A stretch of DNA of 42,407 nt from Candidatus Uhrbacteria bacterium RIFOXYB12_FULL_58_10 (GTDB lineage: Bacteria; Patescibacteriota; Patescibacteriia; UBA9934; GWF2-40-263): the NCBI GenBank assembly GCA_943357025.1, contig CALRGA010000001.1, forward strand, positions 1 through 42,407, in the 5' to 3' direction. This document shows positions 32,874 through 40,600 of this stretch, in pieces (position 1 is the stretch's first letter; each line of letters begins with the position of its first letter). The notes beneath the pieces are model-generated. The model ran no database searches, had not been told where the DNA came from, and saw nothing but the letters and a program-made list of their open reading frames with translations. The position numbers and the translations under genes are program-made.

Positions 32874-33055
32874 ACGAGAAGTTCGAGAAAGGCTCGGCGG
32901 TTGTCGTCGATCTTGAGTTCCGGGAGATATTGCTCGAGGAGTTTTTTACTCAGCTTTTTTCCCTCCAGCCCATAGTTAATCATCCGCTCCAGCATCCAAA
33001 CCGGATCGGCGGCAGCCTGCGCATCCTGTTGTGCTGGAGTGTAGTCCCATGCCAT
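32855..33055 (-). CDS. 66-aa protein upstream of and overlapping the AbiEii-like gene (putative cognate antitoxin/partner)
   Basis: MAWDYTPAQQDAQAAADPVWMLERMINYGLEGKKLSKKLLEQYLPELKIDDNRRAFLELLVWNKPF. It overlaps the downstream gene by 19 nt, a typical toxin-antitoxin layout. Confidence 0.65.
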   Translation of the reverse strand: MAWDYTPAQQDAQAAADPVWMLERMINYGLEGKKLSKKLLEQYLPELKIDDNRRAFLELLVWNKPF

Positions 33056-33094
33056 ACGATTGGAGTGTACCGGAAAACGAGAATCGACGGAAGG

Positions 33095-33124
33095 ACAAAC
33101 AAAACGGCCCGATTACTCGGGCCG
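33095..33124 (-). terminator. Rho-independent terminator of rpsT
   Basis: On the minus strand: CGGCCCG-aguaau-CGGGCCG followed by UUUUGUUUGU. Confidence 0.75.
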
Positions 33125-33131
33125 CGTCTGC

Positions 33132-33401
33132 TTACGCCTTCTTGAGGGCGTTCAGCTTTCCCATCATGCGGCTCTTGAGGCGCGCGACGGTGTTCTTTTT
33201 CATCACTTTCTTGGAAGCCGACTTGTCCAGCTTCTTTCCGAGCATGCGCGCGGCCTCCGTGGCGCCCGTGACTTCCTTCGAAGTGACAAGCTTGCGGAAC
33301 TTCACGCGTAGCGACTTGATTTCGTCCTTCACCGCCTTGTTGCGCACGGCGCGCTTGAGCGACTGGCGAAGGGCTTTCTTTGCGTTTGCTTTGATCGGCA
33401 T
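33132..33401 (-). CDS. rpsT: 30S ribosomal protein S20
   Basis: MPIKANAKKALRQSLKRAVRNKAVKDEIKSLRVKFRKL... Confidence 0.95.
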   Translation of the reverse strand: MPIKANAKKALRQSLKRAVRNKAVKDEIKSLRVKFRKLVTSKEVTGATEAARMLGKKLDKSASKKVMKKNTVARLKSRMMGKLNALKKA

Positions 33402-33445
33402 ATCGTATGTGTTCCCGTGAGCGTGGGAATAAATAGCGTGAGGGG

Positions 33446-33474
33446 AGTATAGCGCGGGGTTTGGAAAAGGTCAA
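33446..33474 (-). promoter_or_regulatory. Predicted promoter of rpsT
   Basis: On the minus strand: TTGACC (33474-33469), 17 nt, TATACT (33451-33446). The leader is 44 nt. Confidence 0.6.
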
Positions 33475-33477
33475 TGA

Positions 33478-34608
33478 TTATTCGATTACCGGCCGATCGA
33501 TATCAATCGGTGCGAGCGATTTTCCCGCGGTTCCAGCAGTGATCTTGAAGATATCCTTGTCGATCTTCTTAAACTCCTTTCCCGACTCGGAATACGCCTT
33601 GTACGTGGCCTCGAGGTTCTTGCCGACCTTATTATGGAAATCCTCGTAGGACTTCAGGTGGCGGACGAGCTGTTCGGCGAACTGTTGTATCTCTTTGACA
33701 CTTTCTTCGATCTGGAGGGCTTTTAGTCCGAGGAGAACGGTCTGGAGGTATGCATAGAAGGACGTCGGTGAGACGATCATGACTCCCTTCTCGAACGCGT
33801 ACTCGATGAGATTGCGCGAGTTGACCGCGACGGCTCCGACGGAGGCTCCGATGAGGCTGTGGTAAACCCCTTCTGCGGGGACGAACATGAAGGCGAAGTT
33901 TGTCGTGCCTCGGTCTGGTTTGATGTACTTGGATGTCTCGTCGATGCGCTTCTTTACGTCGGACTTGAATTCCTTTTCGAGAACCTCTCGTCGAGTCGGA
34001 TCGGACTCGAGGGAAACCTTGTTGTAATTCTCGAGAGAAAACTTTGCGTCAATCGGTATCAACATTTCTTTGACGAAGATCACCGAGTCCGGGATGAGTT
34101 TGGCCCCCGTCTCGTCGTCGGCGCCGAGATCGTATTGCATCTTGTATTGTCCTGGCTGGAGGACCTGACCCAGAAGCGTTTCGAGCCAGTACTCTCCGAG
34201 AATTCCTCGCTGTTTTGGGTTTTTGAGAATGTTCTCCAGGCTTTGCAGCTGCGTCGAGAACTCGAGGACCTGCTTGTTGGTCTCGTCGATCTTCGTGAGG
34301 CGTTCCGTCACGTCCTTGAATGTGCCCAAGCTGTGGGCAAAGTGCTTTTGGAGAGTGGAGGACGATTCAGATAGTCCTTTTAAGAGCTGGTCGCTCATTA
34401 CGTCGAGTCGCTGCTGAACCTCGGTGCGATTCTTGTGGGTGGCGTCCTGGAGTTCGCGGCGGAGATCGTTCAAGATATTCACAAGCACCGCCGGATCTTG
34501 TGCGACGGGCGCGGAAGAACGGCGGCTAAATGCTAAAAAAGCCAGGAAACAGAGGACAATTAACAAACCAACGACGATGAGAACAAATGCGAAAGGTGCG
34601 ATGACCAT
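33478..34608 (-). CDS. rmuC: DNA recombination protein RmuC
   Basis: N-terminal TM segment, coiled coil, GILGEYWLETLLGQVL, PDSVIFV...IPIDAKFSLENY, FAFMFVPAEGVY and VMIVSPTSFYAYLQTV. Confidence 0.92.
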   Translation of the reverse strand: MVIAPFAFVLIVVGLLIVLCFLAFLAFSRRSSAPVAQDPAVLVNILNDLRRELQDATHKNRTEVQQRLDVMSDQLLKGLSESSSTLQKHFAHSLGTFKDVTERLTKIDETNKQVLEFSTQLQSLENILKNPKQRGILGEYWLETLLGQVLQPGQYKMQYDLGADDETGAKLIPDSVIFVKEMLIPIDAKFSLENYNKVSLESDPTRREVLEKEFKSDVKKRIDETSKYIKPDRGTTNFAFMFVPAEGVYHSLIGASVGAVAVNSRNLIEYAFEKGVMIVSPTSFYAYLQTVLLGLKALQIEESVKEIQQFAEQLVRHLKSYEDFHNKVGKNLEATYKAYSESGKEFKKIDKDIFKITAGTAGKSLAPIDIDRPVIE

Positions 34609-34614
34609 AAACCT

Positions 34615-34643
34615 TTGACGGGATCCTTAAAGTGCTCTATAAT
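34615..34643 (+). promoter_or_regulatory. Predicted consensus promoter upstream of the tRNA-Arg/tRNA-Ala pair
   Basis: TTGACG (34615-34620), 17 nt, TATAAT (34638-34643), about 120 nt upstream of tRNA-Arg. Confidence 0.6.
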
Positions 34644-34768
34644 TTCGGCACTGCCGCACAAGTATAGCATGCCCCGGCTATGCAGGAGCGAGTGGATAAG
34701 CCAAACGTTTTACGACGCTTGGACGGAAGAAGGGCGGAGTTATCCGATGGTAGGGGTAAGCGTTGCAA

Positions 34769-34843
34769 GCCCACATAGCTCAACGGATAGAGCTGGCCCG
34801 TCCTAAGGGCAAGATGGGGGTTCGATTCCCTCTGGGGGCACCA
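34769..34843 (+). tRNA. tRNA-Arg (anticodon CCT), CCA encoded
   Basis: Acceptor GCCCACA/TGGGGGC (one A-G mismatch at 5:68), D arm GCTC-AACGGATA-GAGC, anticodon loop GTCCTAA, T arm GGGGG-TTCGATT-CCCTC. Confidence 0.9.
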
Positions 34844-34999
34844 TTCGACTTCGTTCGCCCTGATGGCCTCACTGCGCTCATGGTCTTCGACCGCCTGAAA
34901 GCCCTGAGCCTTTGTCGAAGGGTCGTGGTCTGCGACCATAAGGCACGCCTACTGTTTCACGAGGAACATTTCAAATAAAGATGTAATAAATTCACGTAC

Positions 35000-35075
35000 G
35001 GGCTAGTAGCTCAGATGGTAGAGCGCTGCATTCGCATTGCAGAGGTCTGGGGTTCGATTCCCCACTGGTCCACCA
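35000..35075 (+). tRNA. tRNA-Ala (anticodon CGC) with the G3:U70 identity pair, CCA encoded
   Basis: Acceptor GGGCTAG/CTGGTCC, D arm GCTC-AGATGGTA-GAGC, anticodon stem-loop CTGCA-TTCGCAT-TGCAG, T arm TGGGG-TTCGATT-CCCCA. Confidence 0.93.
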
Positions 35076-35080
35076 AAAAA

Positions 35081-35106
35081 GACTCATCGGAAGATGAGTC
35101 TTTTTT
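35081..35106 (+). terminator. Rho-independent terminator of the tRNA operon
   Basis: GACTCATC-ggaa-GATGAGTC followed by TTTTTT. Confidence 0.85.
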
Positions 35107-35609
35107 GTTGAGTCTGCTTTGTTATGAGTCGAAACTTTTGGATTACCACGCTTTCTCCCACATTAAAGCTTTGAAGGACGAGTCGCTCAGGACAATGAAA
35201 TAACTCTATTCGCTACAAGTCCGATACCTCGCGACTCTGCCGTGTTGTTTCAAACGTAATTGAAAGCGGAGCGAAGAAATTTATCGACGAGATTTCTTTG
35301 TCATCTATGGACTCCTCGCGATGATATAAATTGCGGATATCATATCCTTTTTATGACAGGGTAGCTTATGCGTTATTTATTTTGCTGCAACATGTCTTCG
35401 TTCCGTTTGATCACAAACTATGATCACCGACCGACAAAAACGACTTAAACGTCGAATGAAAGAATTTCAATTATAAGTTTCGTGTGAAACAAGAGAAGAT
35501 GTCTTTCAGAATTATTTTGAGGAAATTATTTTGTTAATTAATAACAAATGCATAAAAATCGGATTATAATTTTAATTTGTCTACACCAGTGTAGCCAAAT
35601 TTCATCAAA

Positions 35610-35648
35610 TGTGGATAAGTATTCGAAAAGTGTTTATCCTGTGGGTAA
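35610..35648. promoter_or_regulatory. One exact and one near-exact DnaA box
   Basis: TGTGGATAA at 35610-35618 is exact. TGTGGGTAA at 35640-35648 has one mismatch. Confidence 0.45.
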
Positions 35649-35687
35649 TTATAATGAATACGAAAGAATTAATCGCGAAAGAAAATA

Positions 35688-35715
35688 ATTTATTCGCTAA
35701 AATCAGCGAATAAAT
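35688..35715. promoter_or_regulatory. Perfect 11-bp inverted repeat just upstream of the operon -35 box (operator-like site or AU-rich terminator)
   Basis: ATTTATTCGCT-aaaatc-AGCGAATAAAT, ending 3 nt before the TTGACC at 35719. Confidence 0.5.
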
Positions 35716-35718
35716 CTT

Positions 35719-35747
35719 TTGACCAAACCATGTATTCAAGGTATAAT
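35719..35747 (+). promoter_or_regulatory. Near-consensus sigma70 promoter of the surface-protein operon
   Basis: TTGACC (35719-35724), 17 nt, TATAAT (35742-35747). The leader to the ATG at 35770 is 22 nt. Confidence 0.7.
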
Positions 35748-35769
35748 CGATGCACCGAATGGTCGAATT

Positions 35770-36675
35770 ATGCGAACGATTGTCGCAGTCATGGTAATAG
35801 CGGGGTTTTTTGGCGCGGCGGCGCAAGCCTTTGCCCAAATGGACTCCACGAGTTATCAAATTCGTTGGGATACCGTTGGAAATGGCGGAGATGACGTCAG
35901 TTCATCCTCGTCCTACATCCTCAAAGACACAACGGGCAGCGCGGGGATCGGCGATTCCGCGAGCGCGTCCTATGAACTCGGTGCCGGCTATCGGCCAGGG
36001 ATTTCAAGCGACGTGCTTGACTTCTCGTTCTTTTCGGAAGACAGCGCAACGTCAACGGCGGCAACCGCGCTTGCCGGACTGACGATCGACTGCGATCCGA
36101 CGGATTTTTCCATCGGCGACATGATCGCGCTTCTCCAGGATCGCGGCGAGGATCAGGTTACGGCGATAGGGCAGGTCGTTTCCATCGGAATCGACTCGAT
36201 CACGGTCGATGCCTTAAAAGACGCCGGCGACATGCCCGCTATCGACGGTTCAAACGATTTCGTCGCCATCCTCGAAGGCGAGTCGTCCGCGCTCAGCACG
36301 CTCAGCACGTCGGCGGTTCGAACGTCCGTCATTGGAATGAGCGTCAGCTCGTCCGCGCCGGACGGATACGCGGTCCAGATCCTATCCGACGGAGATTTTC
36401 GCGACGTAGCCGAAACGGTCAACCCCGTCGCGGACGGATCCGTCACGGCCGGATCAGAGGAATACGGCGCGCGCTCGTCGGACTCGGACATATCCTCGTC
36501 GACCTTCGATTCGGCCGACTCCGCTATTACCACCTCGTTTCAAACGATCGCCGACCTCGACGCGGTCGTTTCGAACGACCGTAACTTCCTCGTCACAAAG
36601 GCCGCGATTTCCCCCTCGACGGTCGCCGGCAGCTACGCGCAGACGCTGACGCTCATCGTTTCCGGTCACTACTAG
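35770..36675 (+). CDS. Secreted Ser/Thr/Asp-rich beta-type protein (301 aa), first gene of the surface operon
   Basis: Signal peptide MRTIVAVMVIAGFFGAAAQAFAQ. Repeated S-x-Y-x-L/I motifs (STSYQIRWDTVGNGG, SSSYILKDTTG, SASYELGAGY). The C-terminus reads AGSYAQTLTLIVSGHY. The track start at 35719 is the -35 box, so I chose the ATG at 35770. Confidence 0.85.
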   Translation: MRTIVAVMVIAGFFGAAAQAFAQMDSTSYQIRWDTVGNGGDDVSSSSSYILKDTTGSAGIGDSASASYELGAGYRPGISSDVLDFSFFSEDSATSTAATALAGLTIDCDPTDFSIGDMIALLQDRGEDQVTAIGQVVSIGIDSITVDALKDAGDMPAIDGSNDFVAILEGESSALSTLSTSAVRTSVIGMSVSSSAPDGYAVQILSDGDFRDVAETVNPVADGSVTAGSEEYGARSSDSDISSSTFDSADSAITTSFQTIADLDAVVSNDRNFLVTKAAISPSTVAGSYAQTLTLIVSGHY

Positions 36676-36682
36676 CGGGCCT

Positions 36683-37636
36683 ATGCTCCGTCGACTCATC
36701 CCTTTCTTCTGTGCGGTCGTCCTGCTGTGGATGCCGTATCGCGCCCTCGCCTTCGCCATCGCCCCCGCGACCCTAAATCTCTCAGGGAAGCGCGGCGAGA
36801 CGATCGAGGACTCGATCGCGGTCATCAACGACGGGAGCGCCGAACAGACGTTCACGCTTGGAGCGTTGAAGTTCGCCCCAAGCGAATCGTCCACGCCATC
36901 GTTCATTCCATTTGAAACGGATCACTCGGGCCTCCCCGAGTGGATTGCGTTTCCAATAAAGACAGTCACGATCCCGGCAAGCACAAAGGTCGACGTTCCG
37001 TTCGCGATCACGATCCCGCAGGACGTTCCGTCCGGAACGGTCTACGCCGCGATCACCGTGTCGGCATCCAAGTCGAACGATATCGCCACGAACGGCGCGA
37101 CGATTTCCGCGAAGATGGCTTCCCTCCTCTTCGTCACGGTCGAGGGCGAGACGATCGAAAGGCTCGCGCTGCTCGACTTCTCCGCGACGAGCGCGACGGG
37201 ACTGAAGTCATTGGAAATGGCACGATCGTTCGGCTTCCGAGTTCAAAACCAGGGAAACGTCACGTCGGTTCCGATCGGAACGATTACGCTCGTCGACGCG
37301 TTCGGACGCACGTTCGCCTCGCAGCCTATTAACGAGGAGCACGGCCGCGTTCTGCCGATGACGACACGATCGTTTTCCGGATCGATCGGCCCGAACCCCG
37401 TCGGATTCGTCGAGACCGTCCGTTCGCAGATCGCGAACTTCGCGATCGGTCCCGTCACGGCGACGCTGACCGTCGTCGCGGGAACGCGGACGCTCACCAA
37501 GTCGTTCGTATACTGGATGGTTCCTTTGCATCTGATCTTGACCGCCGCGATGGCCGTCGCGATACTGCTCGCTCTCTGGAAACTCCTGTCACATGGACGA
37601 GATCGGCTCGGACGCATTGAGACGGGCTCGCAATAA
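36683..37636 (+). CDS. Ig-like two-domain surface protein with a C-terminal membrane anchor (DUF916/DUF3324-like or CARDB/NEW3-like architecture)
   Basis: Signal peptide ending ALAFAIAP. FAIAPATLNLSGKRGETIEDSIAVINDGS and EWIAFPIKTVTIPASTKVDVPFAITIPQDVPSGTVYAAITV. The C-terminal TM segment MVPLHLILTAAMAVAILLALWKLL is followed by a basic tail. Confidence 0.85.
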   Translation: MLRRLIPFFCAVVLLWMPYRALAFAIAPATLNLSGKRGETIEDSIAVINDGSAEQTFTLGALKFAPSESSTPSFIPFETDHSGLPEWIAFPIKTVTIPASTKVDVPFAITIPQDVPSGTVYAAITVSASKSNDIATNGATISAKMASLLFVTVEGETIERLALLDFSATSATGLKSLEMARSFGFRVQNQGNVTSVPIGTITLVDAFGRTFASQPINEEHGRVLPMTTRSFSGSIGPNPVGFVETVRSQIANFAIGPVTATLTVVAGTRTLTKSFVYWMVPLHLILTAAMAVAILLALWKLLSHGRDRLGRIETGSQ

Positions 37637-37642
37637 TCGTGT

Positions 37643-40600
37643 GTGTTCACTCGCTGGTCAAAATCGCTCTGGAGCGTCGTATCCGTCATCGTTAGCGTAA
37701 CGATGTTGGTTGCGGCTGCTTCATACGCGGCCACGGCAAGCCCGGCAAACGACACGCCGACGTCGCTTCGAACGTCGGAAGGCGCGAATCATTTCCTGGT
37801 CTTTACCACTCCGAGCGGGGTTTCCGAGGGCGAGACGGTCGTCGTCGGTTTCAGCTCGGCGTTCGACACGTCCGGGATCGTCGAGGACGACGTGGACGCT
37901 CAGGACGACGGGGCCGACCTCACCACCGCGGCGAATTGCGGCGGCGCGGAGCAGGCATCCGTCGTAATGGCATCGGACGCGCTCACGATCACGATCTGTC
38001 CCGGCGATGGGGGCGCGATCGCGGCGGCGAGCGAGATCACGGTGAAGATCGGCACGAACGCGACGGCTTCGGGAATCGGAGCCAACCAGGTCGTCAATCC
38101 GGCAACCGTCGGAACCTACTACGTTTCCATTGCCGGAACGTTCGGCGACTCCGGATCGATCGCCCTTCCCATGCTTGAGGAGGGATCGGTCGGAGTCACG
38201 GGAACGGTCCCGCCGTCGCAGGGCGGAGGTGGCGGTGGAGTACCTTCGGAAGGATGCGGAGACTCGATTGCGCCGGAGATTTTCTCGGTCGTCATCTCGA
38301 ACGTCACGGACTCGTCCGCGACCGTCGGCTGGTCAACGAGCGAGAACGCGGACAGCGCGGCGGACTACGGCACGACCGCATCGTATGAGATCGCAACGGA
38401 ATCAAGCTCAAGCCTCGTCACGTCGCACTCTGAAGTCCTTTCAGGGCTGTCGGAAGGAACAACGTATCACGTTCGCGTCCGGTCGAGCGACCTGTGCTCG
38501 AATCAGGCATCGTCCGGAGACCAGACGTTCTCGACGAACGACGCGACCGCGCCGATCATCTCGAGCGTCGTCGCGACGGTCACGTCCTCGACGTCCGTCA
38601 CGATTACCTGGACCACGATTGAGCCGGCAACGAGCTGGGTCAACTACGGCGCGACCGCGTCCTACGGAACCGTTGTTGGGGACTCGACGCTCTCCACCAG
38701 CCACTTGGTCATTATCACCGGGCTCGACGAGGGAACGACGTATCACTTCGACGTCGAATCCGCGGACGCGTCCGGCAATTCGGCAACGTCGTCCGATGAC
38801 ACGTTCGTCACGTCGTCGAATCCAGCTCCTTCCAACGTGTCGGATCTCGTCGTCGACGCTTCCTCGGGAGCCGTGGAACTCTCGTGGACCAATCCGTCCG
38901 ACGCCGATTTCGAAGGAGTTCGCGTTTTGATGTGCATGGACGGTTTTCCGTCCGGACCAGACGACACCGACTGTACGGTTGTCTACTCTGGCGTAGCCAA
39001 CGCGACGAGCGTCGAAACGCTCATGGATGGCACAACCTATTACTTCGGGGTCTTCGCGCAAGACGCCGCTGGGCAGTTCGCTTCTGGCGCTCTCGGTTTA
39101 GGTACTCCGAGCACGCCAGTAGAAGAGGTGCCCATGCCCGAAGAGGTTTCCGTACCTGCAGTGACCCCTCCCGAAGAGGAAACGACCGTCTCGGCAGAAA
39201 CCGGAACGGATCAAACGGTTTCGACGGAAACGCTTTCGGCCGTCGACGAATCGGAAGAGCCTTCGGAAGCAGTCCCTGCAGGGATTGAAACCCCATCGGA
39301 TCAGACACCTCCCATTCCTCCCACCACCGTCGTGGAAGAGGATCTTGTCCCACAAGGGGACGTAACGTTCTTTGTCGCCAGCGGAACGATCCAGCTTGCC
39401 CCGTCCGGCTCCGGCACGGTGCACGTCCTTGGAAACCGTCCGCTAAGCGTGATGCTTGAAACAAAGCATCTCACGAAGGAAATCTCGCGCGTCCAGCTCG
39501 TCCTCGGAGCCAGCGCCTATATCATGGCCCTGTCCAACGACGGCAGCACGTATGCGGCCGACGTCTCCACCCCCGGAGCGCCCGCCGATTACGGAATCGC
39601 GACGAGCATCTACTACGCCGATGGAACGGTCCAATCCATCGGAACCAACCTCGAGGTCGAAGGCGACGGGTACGCCTACTTCCAACAGGAAGGACAACTC
39701 TCTCGCGTCGGAGGCGCGAACGTCACGCTGCTAACGAACGGCACTGTTCCCTGGGACGGATCCCCCTTCGCACAGTTCAATCCGATCGTTACCGCAGAAG
39801 ACGGGCAGTTCGGCTGGTACGTTCCGAACACGACGTACGCTCTTTCCGCGGATGCAGGCGGGTACCTGCAAGCCGGGACAAGGACGTTTTCCGTGACGGA
39901 CAACATTGCCAACCAGGCCATCCGCATGGAATTGCACCAGGCGGATTCCGCACCTCCGGCGCAAATCACCGACGTGGTGATGTCGAACCTTTCCGTCGTG
40001 GGCACGTTTGTGTCCGCGACGCTCGAATCCGTTCGAGCCGTACCGGGAGTCGAAGAGGCGGCCGCGGTCTCCACCCCCGCGCTCGTCGTCGTCACGGCCG
40101 CATCGGCGGTCGTGCTCGCGACGAGCTTCAATCTTCTCGCGTTCCTTCAGTCGCTCTTTACGTCTCCGCTCCTGTTCTTCGGGCGTCGTACGCGCCGGTC
40201 GTACGGGGTGGTGTACAACTCGATTACGAAAGTTCCTTTGGACCTCGCCACCGTTCGATTGTTCCGAATGCCGGACGACTGGAACGGCGCGAAGGACGTC
40301 GTCGGAAAGCTCGTCCAAAGCCGCGTAACCGACAAGGGCGGAAGATATTTTTTCCTTCCTCCTCCCGGCCGGTACCGGCTGAGCGTGATCAAGAATCAGT
40401 TCGTCTTTCCGTCCGAGTATCTCGGAGGAGCGAAGGATGACGGATCGTTCCTTGACGTCTACCACGGAGAGCCGATCGTCGTGACGGACGCGAACGCGAG
40501 CATTTCCGCGAACGTTCCGCTCGACCCGACTCAGGCTTCCGCGCAACACGCGTCGGCGCAAGTTCTCCTCAGAACGAAGCTGCGTCGCATTCAGAAGGCC

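Larger units (their letters stand above)
35107..35718. other. 0.6-kb AT-rich non-coding island
   Basis: No ORF above noise on either strand. Composition is visibly far below the flanks, and 35461-35580 is mostly A/T. It lies at a switch from a minus-strand gene block (29.7-34.6 kb) to a plus-strand block (34.8-42.4 kb). Confidence 0.6.

Noticed and set aside
33478-34608. rmuC, and likewise the 3' two-thirds of the 10623-11921 gene, looks less GC-rich than its neighbours, which could indicate horizontal transfer.
   Set aside because: Reading rmuC codons by hand shows third positions still mostly G/C. The lower GC reflects Lys/Glu/Ile/Asn-rich composition. For the 432-aa gene the GC3 drop is modest, and I cannot quantify it reliably without computation.
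34650-34768. The 120-nt leader between the consensus promoter and tRNA-Arg(CCT) could be an SRP/4.5S-like RNA.
   Set aside because: Only a loose GGACGGAAGAAGG resemblance to the SRP domain IV sequence is present. There is no matching hairpin with a GNRA loop.
35654-35713. A 19-codon ORF (MNTKELIAKENNLFAKISE) in the AT-rich island could be a leader peptide.
   Set aside because: It has no ribosome-binding site. Its ATG overlaps a TATAAT-like hexamer. Its 3' end is simply one arm of the 11-bp palindrome. AT-rich sequence produces such ORFs by chance.
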